Assembly: GCF_057124965.1 (NCBI RefSeq)
Contig: NZ_CM169477.1
DNA: 24,000 nucleotides
Reading direction: 5' to 3' (one strand)
The position numbers and the translations under genes were made by a program. A model generated the notes under the pieces. That model worked only from the letters and a program-made list of their open reading frames with translations. It was not told the origin of the DNA and did no database searches. Below, piece by piece: positions 1 to 23,029 of this stretch; position 1 is the first letter of the stretch, and every line of letters starts with the position of its first letter.

Positions 1-204
1 GTTAGCAAGCGTGTCACTTGTCATACATTTCGTCACTCGTTTGCTACGCATCTATTACAAGCGGGGCGTGATATTCGCACTGTGCAAGAACTCTTAGGGC
101 ATAACGATGTTAAGACCACGCAAATCTATACGCATGTGTTGGGTCAGCATTTTGCCGGCACCACCAGTCCTGCGGATGGACTGATGCTACTTATCAATCA
201 GTAA
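1..204 (+). CDS. intI2: Class 2 integron integrase, C-terminal part only (truncated by window start)
   Basis: Frame +1 from base 1 reads [67 protein letters not shown], with the tyrosine recombinase [12 protein letters not shown]...LGH...Y motif, matching the recalled IntI2 C-terminus. It reads towards the Tn7 left end, as in Tn7. Confidence 0.93.
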   Translation, partial: VSKRVTCHTFRHSFATHLLQAGRDIRTVQELLGHNDVKTTQIYTHVLGQHFAGTTSPADGLMLLINQ

Positions 205-290
205 AAGTAGATAAATATCTTTATGTAGCCCTGAGTAGCCCCTGATACTTTTTATGGTGAAAAAGATAAACAATCATAGAGGGGATAAAT

Positions 291-395
291 ATGAGCCAGT
301 TCTACCATTGTTCAGATAAGTTTAAGCAAGATACTGTCAATCACAGTGACCATTCATGGTCATTACACTTCCTCCAGTTGCCAGACAATGCCTAA
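291..395 (+). CDS. Possible 34-aa small ORF in Tn7 cargo (MSQFYHCSDKFKQDTVNHSDHSWSLHFLQLPDNA)
   Basis: ATG at 291 preceded by a purine-rich AGAGGGG Shine-Dalgarno-like sequence at good spacing. No recognised family; may be spurious. Confidence 0.25.
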   Translation: MSQFYHCSDKFKQDTVNHSDHSWSLHFLQLPDNA

Positions 396-631
396 CATAA
401 AAACGCAAAAGCCCAAAAGTCAGAGCTTAGGTGTTCTAGGCGTTTTCTAAGCGCTGAAGAAATACGTCTTACCGTAGATTGCGTGCGTTTCTGAAGCACA
501 TTTTCCTTATACATGGCTTTATCCCAGGCAGCTTCATCAAGCTCTTGGAGTAACAAGCCAGTAATAATGCGACACTCTCGGGTTTGTAGCGAGCCGCTGG
601 TGAGATCGGAGTTATAGCGGAAAGGGGTCAT
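392..631 (-). pseudogene. DUF1819 / BrxA-like protein fragment (N-terminal 79 aa)
   Basis: MTPFRYNSDLTSGSLQTRECRIITGLLLQELDEAAWDKAMYKENVLQKRTQSTVRRISSALRKRLEHLSSDFWAF... resembles the N-terminal part of the DUF1819 (BrxA) family (G.L...E.r.ia.lll..w..a...ENvLQkrt..T..R....iR.RL..L...lW). It stops at 79 aa, while family members are roughly 200 aa. Confidence 0.55.
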
Positions 632-990
632 TTGTAATTATTTGTGGGTGGAGGATAGTTAACTTATTATTGTAGTTGGAAGAGGCTGCTTTCCAAACAT
701 TAGCACCTCGTAATGCTTGTTACTGTATATTAATTTATGCTCTTAGCGCATGTTAATGGGCTATTACAATGCATAATGTCCACATCAAGATAACTGTGGC
801 TTAACACCTGTACAAGCGAAAAAAATCAATCACCTGTCCGGAAATACGGGATCACTGTAAAGTGTTGGTGAGGCAGTCTAGGAGGGGGATTTAATTTGGG
901 ATACTGATGAAAGGATTATGATCAGTTGGATATAGGATCGTACTAAGCTGAGCGGCAGGTTAGCTAGATTAGTTAACCAGATAAGTGAAA

Positions 991-1012
991 TCTAGTTCCA
1001 AACTATTTTGTC
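991..1012 (+). repeat. TnsB-type binding site, innermost (TCTAGTTCCAAACTATTTTGTC)
   Basis: One of three direct 22-bp repeats in the Tn7 left end. Confidence 0.85.
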
Positions 1013-1046
1013 ATTTTTAATTTTCGTATTAGCTTACGACGCTACA

Positions 1047-1068
1047 CCCAGTTCCCATCTATTTTGTC
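1047..1068 (+). repeat. TnsB-type binding site, middle (CCCAGTTCCCATCTATTTTGTC)
   Basis: One of three direct 22-bp repeats in the Tn7 left end. Confidence 0.88.
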
Positions 1069-1110
1069 ACTCTTCCCTAAATAATCCTTAAAAACTCCAT
1101 TTCCACCCCT

Positions 1111-1132
1111 CCCAGTTCCCAACTATTTTGTC
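1111..1132 (+). repeat. TnsB-type binding site, terminal (CCCAGTTCCCAACTATTTTGTC)
   Basis: One of three direct 22-bp repeats, 8 bp from the Tn7 left terminus (CGCCCACA). Confidence 0.9.
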
Positions 1133-1140
1133 CGCCCACA

Positions 1141-1166
1141 GGGCTGCCGACCGGTGGCCCTTTTTT
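1141..1166 (+). terminator. Rho-independent terminator-like hairpin immediately outside Tn7-L; probably the glmS terminator region
   Basis: GGGCTGCC-GACC-GGTGGCCC (8-bp stem with two G-U pairs) followed by TTTTTT. Tn7 is known to insert in the terminator region just downstream of glmS. Confidence 0.65.
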
Positions 1167-1421
1167 ATAACTGACATCAATAAATTCATCTATCTTTCTA
1201 TATAAATATATTCTGAATTATCATTAATGTCTGATAACAAACTTGATTTTTTACTGTTTAAATAATATTTAAACAATAAATTTATATTTTATTTTTGCGT
1301 AATTAATATTATTTTTAGATAAAGCCGTCTCTTTGGTGTACTATTCCTTTGAATCAAAAATACACTTATTAATATAAGTGATGATTCATGGTAAAGGATA
1401 TATTATATCAATGGAGTTTTT

Positions 1422-1994
1422 ATGAAGCGTAATATTATAGGCGGTGCATTCACTCTGGCATCTCTAATGCTGGCCGGGCATGCACTGGCAGAAGATGGTG
1501 TTGTTCACTTCGTCGGTGAAATTGTCGACACTACTTGTGAAGTTACCTCCGATACAGCCGATCAAATTGTCCCACTGGGTAAAGTCAGTAAAAATGCATT
1601 TTCAGGTGTAGGTAGTCTGGCGTCGCCACAGAAGTTCAGTATTAAACTTGAAAATTGCCCGGCAACGTACACTCAAGCAGCCGTTCGTTTTGATGGTACA
1701 GAAGCGCCTGGCGGCGACGGCGACCTGAAAGTGGGTACGCCGCTTACAGCAGGCAACCCTGGTGATTTTACCGGTACAGGACAAGCGATTGCGGCAACCG
1801 GCGTTGGTATTCGTATTTTTAACCAGTCCGATAATTCGCAGGTTAAACTTTATAACGACTCTGCTTATACCGCTATCGATGCTGAAGGCAAGGCTGAAAT
1901 GAAGTTTATTGCACGCTATGTGGCAACCAATGCGACCGTAACGGCTGGTACGGCGAACGCGGATTCACAATTTACTGTCGAATATAAGAAATAA
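1422..1994 (+). CDS. lpfA: Major fimbrial subunit, long polar fimbria type (lpf2/lpfO113-like)
   Basis: 190 aa with signal peptide (MKRNIIGGAFTLASLMLAGHALA), type 1 pilin-like Cys pair and C-terminal Y..K beta-zipper end. First gene of a chaperone-usher operon in the glmS-pstS interval. Confidence 0.85.
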   Translation: MKRNIIGGAFTLASLMLAGHALAEDGVVHFVGEIVDTTCEVTSDTADQIVPLGKVSKNAFSGVGSLASPQKFSIKLENCPATYTQAAVRFDGTEAPGGDGDLKVGTPLTAGNPGDFTGTGQAIAATGVGIRIFNQSDNSQVKLYNDSAYTAIDAEGKAEMKFIARYVATNATVTAGTANADSQFTVEYKK

Positions 1995-2041
1995 TTTATC
2001 AAGGGCCTTTTTATTCAGTTGGCTTTGGCCAGGGAGTCGTT

Positions 2042-2773
2042 ATGTCCAGAAAAAGTTGTTTAATCAGGCTCTTTAAAACAACAGTTTCATGTAAGTTATT
2101 TACCGCGATTATACTCAGCGTTTTTTTAGGCCAACCAGCATTAACTTATGCAGGCGTTGTCATTGGTGGTACGCGGGTGGTTTACTTAAGTAATAATGCT
2201 GATAAATCTATTTCTGTATTTAGCAAAGAAGAAAAAATACCTTATCTCATCCAGGCTTGGGTAGATCCATTTAATAAAGAGGATAAAAGCAAAGCGCCGT
2301 TTACCGTTATTCCGCCAGTATCACGATTAGAACCTTCGCAAGAAAAAATATTACGCATTATTCACACCAAAGGTGTGTCATTGCCTGATGATCGCGAGTC
2401 AGTCTTCTGGCTGAATATTAAAAATATTCCGCCATCAGCGAGCAACAAAGCGACGAACTCGCTGGAAATAGCAGTAAAAACGCGTATCAAGCTGTTCTGG
2501 CGACCAGCAAATATCCGCCTTATTCCCGAAGATGCTGCGCCGAAAGTGAAATGGCGCCGGGAAGGGCGAAATCTGATAGCAGAGAATCCCAACCCAATTC
2601 ATATCAGTGTGATGGATGTCATCGTTGATGGCCATGATGTGCCCCTCAATATGATCCGTCCTTTTGAAACGCTCACGTTACCTTTACCTGCTAATTCTGC
2701 GGGAGGCCAAATGACCTGGCGATTTATTAATGATTACGGCGCAGTCAGTGACCCGATAAAAATGACGCTGTAA
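2042..2773 (+). CDS. lpfB: Periplasmic fimbrial chaperone
   Basis: 243 aa with PapD-family motifs (GVVIGGTRVVYL, DKSISVFSKE, YLIQAWVDP, FTVIPPVSRLEP, RESVFWLNIKNIPP). Confidence 0.87.
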   Translation: MSRKSCLIRLFKTTVSCKLFTAIILSVFLGQPALTYAGVVIGGTRVVYLSNNADKSISVFSKEEKIPYLIQAWVDPFNKEDKSKAPFTVIPPVSRLEPSQEKILRIIHTKGVSLPDDRESVFWLNIKNIPPSASNKATNSLEIAVKTRIKLFWRPANIRLIPEDAAPKVKWRREGRNLIAENPNPIHISVMDVIVDGHDVPLNMIRPFETLTLPLPANSAGGQMTWRFINDYGAVSDPIKMTL

Positions 2774-2797
2774 GCAAGGGATAAGGATAGGCGTATT

Positions 2798-5320
2798 ATG
2801 ATGACGACCAGAATAGTGGTTGGCCTCACGGCAGGGACGTGTCTGATTTTCTCGCAAAACCTGATGGCCGAGGTCAGTGTATTCAATCCGGCGCTTCTGG
2901 AAATCGACCATCAATCCGGAGTCGATATTCGCCAGTTTAATCGGGCAAACCTGATGCCCCCAGGTGTTTATAGCGTTGATATTTTTATCAACGGTAAAAT
3001 GTTTGAACGTCAGGATGTGACATTTGTTCAGGATAATCCAGATGCTGATCTGCACGCATGCTTTATTGCCATTAAAAAAACACTGTCCTCCTTTGGCATA
3101 AAAGTTGATGCGCTCAAATCGTTCAATGATGTGGATGAGACGGTTTGCCTCGATCCTGCTCCACGTATTGAAGGCTCATCCTGGCAGTTTGACAGTGATA
3201 AATTGCAGCTGAATATATCCATTCCCCAAATCTACATGGACGCGATGGCTTATGATTACATCAGCCCCACGCGTTGGGATGAGGGGATTAACGCGCTCAC
3301 CATCAACTACGATTTTTCTGGTTCACATACACTACGTTCAGATTATGGTTCACAAGAGACAGATACCAGTTATCTCAATCTGCGCAATGGACTGAATATT
3401 GGACCGTGGCGGCTACGTAATTACAGTACTTTAAACACCAGCGATGGCCGTGCGGAATACAACTCCATTAGTACCTGGATACAGCGCGATATTGCCGCGT
3501 TAAGAAGCCAGATTATGATTGGTGATACGTGGACGGCGAGCGATATTTTCGACAGTACGCAAATTCGCGGCGCGCGTTTGTATACTGATAACGATATGCT
3601 ACCCGCCAGCCAGAATGGCTTTGCTCCTGTGGTTCGTGGGATTGCAAAGTCCAACGCCACCGTCATCATTCGGCAGAATGGCTACGTGATTTATCAGTCT
3701 GCCGTTCCACAAGGTGCTTTTGAGATCACCGATCTCAACACCGCCAGTACAGGTGGCGATTTGGACGTAACCATCAAAGAAGAAGACGGTAGCGAACAAC
3801 GATTCACCCAACCTTATGCTTCATTGGCGATTCTTAAACGTGAAGGTCAGACAGATGTTGATGTCAGCGTGGGTGAATTGCGCGATGAAGACGGATTTAC
3901 ACCGGACGTCCTTCAGGCGCAAATACTTCATGGTTTTTCCCACGGGATCACTTTATATGGAGGTATGCAGGCTGCTGAAAATTATGGTTCTGCAGCTCTG
4001 GGTGTCGGTAAAGATCTTGGCGCTTTGGGCGCAATTTCTTTCGATGTGACACATGCTCGTGCGAATTTTAGCCATGATGATACAGAAACGGGTCAGTCAT
4101 ATCGCTTTCTCTATTCAAAACGATTTGACGACACAGACACTAGCTTGCGCCTGGTTGGCTATCGTTACTCCACCGAGGGCTACTATACCCTCAATGAGTG
4201 GGCATCGCGGCGCAACAGCCCTGAAGACTTTTGGGAAACAGGTAACCGACGTAGTCGCGTGGAGGGAACGCTAACGCAGTCGTTGGGGAGAGATTATGGC
4301 AATTTATACCTGACATTAAGCCGGCAACAATACTGGCATACCGATGATGTCGAACGATTAATGCAATTTGGCTACAGCAGTAGCTGGAAGCGTCTCTCGT
4401 GGAACGTCTCCTGGAGTTATTCCAATACTGCCAGACAGGGGACGGGGAACAACCATGCCATTGATAACACCAGTGAGCAGATCTACATGCTCTCTTTATC
4501 TGTTCCTTTATCGGGCTGGTGGGGTAATAGTTACGCCACCTATTCTGTTTCGCAAAACGATAATTCCGGTAGCTCACATCAACTCGGACTCAGCGGTACG
4601 GCGCTGGAAAGAAATAACCTTTCATGGAATTTAATGCAGTCCTATAACAGTCATGATGATGAGGTTGGCGGTAATATGTCCCTGACCTATGATGGCTCTT
4701 ATGGCACGGTGAACGGCAGCTATAACTACAGCCAAAATTCCCAGAGGCTGAATTATGGTATCAGAGGGGGAATTCTGGCACACAGCGAAGGGGTAACGTT
4801 AAGTCAGGAGTTAGGTGAAACTATTGCTCTTGTTAAAGCACCTGGGGCCGCCGGGTTAGAAATAGATAATATGCGCGGTGCTGCGACGGACTGGCGCGGC
4901 TATACGGTCAAGACACAGCTAAACCCTTATGATGAAAATCGGGTAGCAATCAGCGATAACTATTTCTCGAAGTCGAATATAGAACTTGATAATACCGTCG
5001 TTACGATGGTTCCCACGCGTGGTGCAGTGGTTAAAGCGGAGTTTGTGACTCATGTGGGTTATCGCGTTCTCTTCAGAGTGTTAAATGCAAATGGTAAACC
5101 GGTACCTTTTGGAGCCATTGCTGCGATACAAGATGCAAGTTTGGCAGATTCAGGAATTGTCGGTGACCGTGGCGAACTTTATCTTTCTGGTCTACCAGAA
5201 AAAGGACAGGTTACGTTATCCTGGGGAGAAAACGCCTCAACAAAATGCATCTTCAATTATTCACTTTCGACACCAGAAAGTGAGAGCGGATTAATTGAAC
5301 AGGGTGTGACATGTCATTAA
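2798..5320 (+). CDS. lpfC: Outer membrane fimbrial usher
   Basis: 840 aa with usher motifs (VFNPALLEIDH, PGVYSVDIFINGK, IGDTWTASDIFDS, RGARLYTDNDMLP, APVVRGIAKSNATVIIRQNGYVIY). Confidence 0.9.
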   Translation: MMTTRIVVGLTAGTCLIFSQNLMAEVSVFNPALLEIDHQSGVDIRQFNRANLMPPGVYSVDIFINGKMFERQDVTFVQDNPDADLHACFIAIKKTLSSFGIKVDALKSFNDVDETVCLDPAPRIEGSSWQFDSDKLQLNISIPQIYMDAMAYDYISPTRWDEGINALTINYDFSGSHTLRSDYGSQETDTSYLNLRNGLNIGPWRLRNYSTLNTSDGRAEYNSISTWIQRDIAALRSQIMIGDTWTASDIFDSTQIRGARLYTDNDMLPASQNGFAPVVRGIAKSNATVIIRQNGYVIYQSAVPQGAFEITDLNTASTGGDLDVTIKEEDGSEQRFTQPYASLAILKREGQTDVDVSVGELRDEDGFTPDVLQAQILHGFSHGITLYGGMQAAENYGSAALGVGKDLGALGAISFDVTHARANFSHDDTETGQSYRFLYSKRFDDTDTSLRLVGYRYSTEGYYTLNEWASRRNSPEDFWETGNRRSRVEGTLTQSLGRDYGNLYLTLSRQQYWHTDDVERLMQFGYSSSWKRLSWNVSWSYSNTARQGTGNNHAIDNTSEQIYMLSLSVPLSGWWGNSYATYSVSQNDNSGSSHQLGLSGTALERNNLSWNLMQSYNSHDDEVGGNMSLTYDGSYGTVNGSYNYSQNSQRLNYGIRGGILAHSEGVTLSQELGETIALVKAPGAAGLEIDNMRGAATDWRGYTVKTQLNPYDENRVAISDNYFSKSNIELDNTVVTMVPTRGAVVKAEFVTHVGYRVLFRVLNANGKPVPFGAIAAIQDASLADSGIVGDRGELYLSGLPEKGQVTLSWGENASTKCIFNYSLSTPESESGLIEQGVTCH

Positions 5321-5330
5321 AAGGATTTTT

Positions 5331-6404
5331 ATGAACAAGTATATCAAACAGTGGTGCTTTGCTGTGTTTATGCTCTCGTTAAGTAGTGTAGCACTTGCAG
5401 CTCCTAAAGGTATCTGTACCCCTGATAATGGCGTATTTCACAGTACGCTTGATTTCTCGGGATATCTTATTACCGCGAACGAAAATAAGGTTGGAACGAC
5501 ATTTAACACCACTGTAACTAATGGATCCTCATATCCTGGACGCTGTCATTGTGATACTGGTAACGTAGGAGAATTCCCCTATATCTATTATACGTCAAAA
5601 ATAAACCAGGCATTAACTTATGCTGGGGTTCACTCTAATATTAATTATTATGATCTTAATCCGAACCTTGATGTTGGGATTGCTATAGATATTCTTGGGG
5701 TTGGGTATGTGAATGCACCTTTTGAATATCATGCTAACAACCCGTCTGGTAATACAAAGTACAATTGCAACCGCATTGAACCTTTAAGTATATCTAGTGG
5801 GGCTAAAGCGATAGTATATTTTTATATCAAGAAGACATTTGCAGGAAAATTGATTATTCCTGAAACAAAGATAGTGACATTGTATGGAACAATTAGCCGT
5901 GACACCCCGGTGGATTACTCACAGCCGATGGCTGATGTTTATATTCGGGGCGATATTACAGCTCCGCAAAGTTGCGAAATAAATAATTTACAGCCAGTTT
6001 ATTTTGATTTTAAAGAAATACCAGCTGCAGATTTTTCATCTGTTGTTGGAAGTGCGGTAACAACACATAAAATTACTAAAACGGTCACTATTGAGTGTGA
6101 AAACCTGGGGATACTGAATACCGATGATATCAGTACGTCTTTTTATGCTACCGAACCCAATACGGACAATTCAATGGTCGTAACTTCAAACTCTAACGTG
6201 GGGATAAAAATTTACGACAAAAATAATAAGGAAATCAAAGTGAACGGTGGTGAGTTGCCAACAGACATGGGTAAATCAACAGTGTATGGTGAAAAATCAG
6301 GTAGTGTAACTTTTTCAGCTGCTCCTGCGAGCCTTACTGGAGCTCGCCCAGCCCCGGGGCAATTTACTGCAACAGCGACGATAACTGTTGAGATTGTGCG
6401 CTAA
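5331..6404 (+). CDS. lpfD: Fimbrial tip adhesin / minor subunit
   Basis: 357 aa with signal peptide and C-terminal pilin domain (CEINNLQPVYFDFKEIP ... ATATITVEIVR). Last gene of the operon. Confidence 0.8.
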   Translation: MNKYIKQWCFAVFMLSLSSVALAAPKGICTPDNGVFHSTLDFSGYLITANENKVGTTFNTTVTNGSSYPGRCHCDTGNVGEFPYIYYTSKINQALTYAGVHSNINYYDLNPNLDVGIAIDILGVGYVNAPFEYHANNPSGNTKYNCNRIEPLSISSGAKAIVYFYIKKTFAGKLIIPETKIVTLYGTISRDTPVDYSQPMADVYIRGDITAPQSCEINNLQPVYFDFKEIPAADFSSVVGSAVTTHKITKTVTIECENLGILNTDDISTSFYATEPNTDNSMVVTSNSNVGIKIYDKNNKEIKVNGGELPTDMGKSTVYGEKSGSVTFSAAPASLTGARPAPGQFTATATITVEIVR

Positions 6405-6410
6405 TAGGTC

Positions 6411-6440
6411 TGACAACGATTGTTCATCACATCGTTGTCA
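6411..6440. terminator. Possible transcription-stop hairpin downstream of the fimbrial operon
   Basis: Perfect 10-bp inverted repeat TGACAACGAT-TGTTCATCAC-ATCGTTGTCA, with no strong downstream T-tract. Confidence 0.4.
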
Positions 6441-6545
6441 TCTCACCCATTTCTTTATCACTTTTAAATGCATCATGACAAAAAGATGACATGTGGGATT
6501 TTCATCTTCACATTTAAAATCAGTAAGTTATTTGGTAATTCCTTT

Positions 6546-6585
6546 CTGTCATAAAAATGTCATATTCCTTACATATAACTGTCAC
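6546..6585 (+). promoter_or_regulatory. Two tandem Pho boxes (PhoB sites) of the pstS promoter
   Basis: CTGTCATAAAAATGTCAT (6546-6563) and CTTACATATAACTGTCAC (6568-6585), upstream of a -10-like TATTTT and pstS. Confidence 0.88.
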
Positions 6586-6633
6586 CTGTTTGTCCTATTT
6601 TGCTTCTCGTAGCCAACAAACAATGCTTTATGA

Positions 6634-7692
<1,059 letters not shown>

Positions 7693-7699
7693 TAAAACT

Positions 7700-7737
7700 C
7701 CAGGCCGGGTACGGTGTTTTACGCCGCATCCGGCATT
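7700..7737. repeat. REP/PU element between pstS and pstC
   Basis: CCAGGCCGGGTACGGTGTTTTACGCCGCATCCGGCATT has the REP core (GCCGGATGCGGCGTAAA in reverse complement). Confidence 0.75.
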
Positions 7738-7775
7738 ACAAAATGACTTTGTAAACGCGTTTAACTGAAGAGTAA

Positions 7776-9628
<1,853 letters not shown>

Positions 9629-9633
9629 CACTT

Positions 9634-9666
9634 TGCCGGATGCGGCGTGAACGCCTGATCCGGCCT
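9634..9666. repeat. REP/PU element between pstA and pstB
   Basis: TTGCCGGATGCGGCGTGAACGCCTGATCCGGCCTACG, a typical E. coli REP sequence. Confidence 0.8.
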
Positions 9667-9679
9667 ACGGTAAGCCTGA

Positions 9680-10492
<813 letters not shown>

Positions 10493-10506
10493 TTCAGGAG
10501 TGCGTT

Positions 10507-11232
10507 ATGGACAGTCTCAATCTTAATAAACATATTTCCGGCCAGTTCAACGCCGAACTGGAAAGTATCCGCACGCAGGTGATGACCATGGGCGGCATGG
10601 TGGAGCAGCAGCTTTCTGATGCAATCACCGCGATGCATAACCAGGACAGCGATCTGGCGAAGCGCGTGATCGAAGGCGACAAGAACGTCAACATGATGGA
10701 AGTGGCGATCGATGAAGCCTGCGTGCGCATTATCGCCAAACGTCAGCCGACGGCGAGCGACCTGCGACTGGTTATGGTGATCAGTAAAACCATTGCCGAG
10801 CTGGAGCGTATTGGCGACGTGGCGGACAAAATCTGCCGTACTGCGCTGGAGAAATTCTCCCAGCAGCATCAGCCGTTGCTGGTAAGTCTGGAGTCGCTGG
10901 GCCGTCATACCATCCAGATGCTGCACGACGTGCTGGACGCGTTCGCGCGGATGGACATTGACGAAGCGGTACGTATTTATCGTGAAGATAAAAAAGTCGA
11001 TCAGGAATACGAAGGTATTGTTCGTCAACTGATGACCTACATGATGGAAGATTCGCGTACCATTCCGAGCGTACTTACTGCGCTGTTCTGCGCGCGTTCT
11101 ATCGAACGTATTGGCGACCGCTGCCAGAATATTTGTGAGTTTATCTTCTACTACGTGAAGGGGCAGGATTTCCGTCATGTAGGCGGTGATGAGCTGGATA
11201 AACTGCTGGCGGGAAAAGATAGCGACAAATAA
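10507..11232 (+). CDS. phoU: Phosphate signalling complex protein PhoU
   Basis: 241 aa starting [30 protein letters not shown]. The ORF track starts earlier, at a non-ATG codon; ATG at 10507 is the established start. Confidence 0.97.
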   Translation: MDSLNLNKHISGQFNAELESIRTQVMTMGGMVEQQLSDAITAMHNQDSDLAKRVIEGDKNVNMMEVAIDEACVRIIAKRQPTASDLRLVMVISKTIAELERIGDVADKICRTALEKFSQQHQPLLVSLESLGRHTIQMLHDVLDAFARMDIDEAVRIYREDKKVDQEYEGIVRQLMTYMMEDSRTIPSVLTALFCARSIERIGDRCQNICEFIFYYVKGQDFRHVGGDELDKLLAGKDSDK

Positions 11233-11240
11233 TTCACCAG

Positions 11241-11273
11241 ACAAATCCCAATAACTTAATTATTGGGATTTGT
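11241..11273. terminator. Strong hairpin between phoU and bglG, probably the pst-phoU terminator
   Basis: Perfect 14-bp inverted repeat ACAAATCCCAATAA-CTTAA-TTATTGGGATTTGT. Confidence 0.75.
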
Positions 11274-11316
11274 TATATATAACTTTATAAATTCCTAAAA
11301 TTACACAAAGTTAATA

Positions 11317-11338
11317 ACTGCGAGCATGGTCATATTTT
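11317..11338 (+). promoter_or_regulatory. CRP-binding site region of the bgl promoter, in the form I recall as wild-type (cryptic)
   Basis: AACTGCGAGCATGGTCATATTT upstream of the bgl leader, with the weak TGCGA half-site rather than the activating TGTGA. Confidence 0.6.
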
Positions 11339-11427
11339 TATCAATAGCGCATTGCTATTTTCTCTGCACGCAATTAAATTAATTTCCGAACCTGGATGTT
11401 CGTTATAAAAACCATTAATAAATGACT

Positions 11428-11454
11428 GGATTGTTACTGCATTCGCAGGCAAAA

Positions 11455-11456
<2 letters not shown>
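11428..11456 (+). promoter_or_regulatory. BglG ribonucleic antiterminator (RAT) sequence in the bgl leader
   Basis: GGATTGTTACTGCATTCGCAGGCAAAACC matches the BglG/SacY-family RAT and overlaps the following terminator stem. Confidence 0.9.
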
Positions 11457-17026
<5,570 letters not shown>

Positions 17027-17027
17027 A

Positions 17028-21074
<4,047 letters not shown>

Positions 21075-21079
21075 AATAA

Positions 21080-21811
<732 letters not shown>

Positions 21812-21823
21812 GCTGAAGAAATA

Positions 21824-22508
<685 letters not shown>

Positions 22509-22982
22509 TTAACTTAAAGAGTCTGTTTCAGGACATGAAATATCCAATCCGGGCAGACGGGTAATGATTCTGCTCATCACCACACCTGCCAGCAATGCAG
22601 GAATGATGCGGACAACGAGACTGTCACCAGAAAGAATGTTTTCAAACAACTCCGAGGAAGCCATGCCCTTAATATGTACAATAACTGCACAATAGATCTC
22701 GGTGATAACGACGCCACCTATGCCACCAGCCAGACAACGATAATTTTTCTGTGACCCGATCTTTTCCGGCAGACAGGCGACCATCACGCCGGTTAACAAT
22801 GCAGGAATAGCTCCCGTAGTAATCGACAATAAGAGAAACAATGGAAGTACCTGTATTATTACCAAAAGAACCAGCGGTTCTTTTGCGAAGAATATGTAGA
22901 GGACAAGAAACAGAACACCAATTAACGGTCCTAAAACCGCAAAATAAAGTCCGTGATGTATTACCCGACGTGAAACAGACAT
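22509..22982 (-). CDS. cbrB: CreBC-regulated inner membrane protein CbrB
   Basis: MSVSRRVIHHGLYFAVLGPLIGVLFLVLYIFF..., several TM helices, downstream of a cre tag. The ORF track starts 3 codons earlier. Confidence 0.9.
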   Translation of the reverse strand: MSVSRRVIHHGLYFAVLGPLIGVLFLVLYIFFAKEPLVLLVIIQVLPLFLLLSITTGAIPALLTGVMVACLPEKIGSQKNYRCLAGGIGGVVITEIYCAVIVHIKGMASSELFENILSGDSLVVRIIPALLAGVVMSRIITRLPGLDISCPETDSLS

Positions 22983-23029
22983 ATCAAACACCCTTTACTT
23001 ACCTTTGAGCGCCAATTTAAGCGGGGTAA

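Larger units (their letters stand above)
1..1140. mobile_element. Left-end segment of a Tn7 transposon (extends beyond window start)
   Basis: intI2 3' end followed by a terminal segment whose reverse complement begins TGTGGGCGGACAAAATAGTTGGGAACTGGG, the Tn7 left terminus. Contains three spaced 22-bp TnsB-type sites. The outer end is at base 1140. Confidence 0.95.

Noticed and set aside
3816-4634. Alternative-frame plus-strand ORFs (73-88 aa) within the usher gene
   Set aside because: They lie inside the continuous 840-codon lpfC frame, with no sign of a real frameshift.
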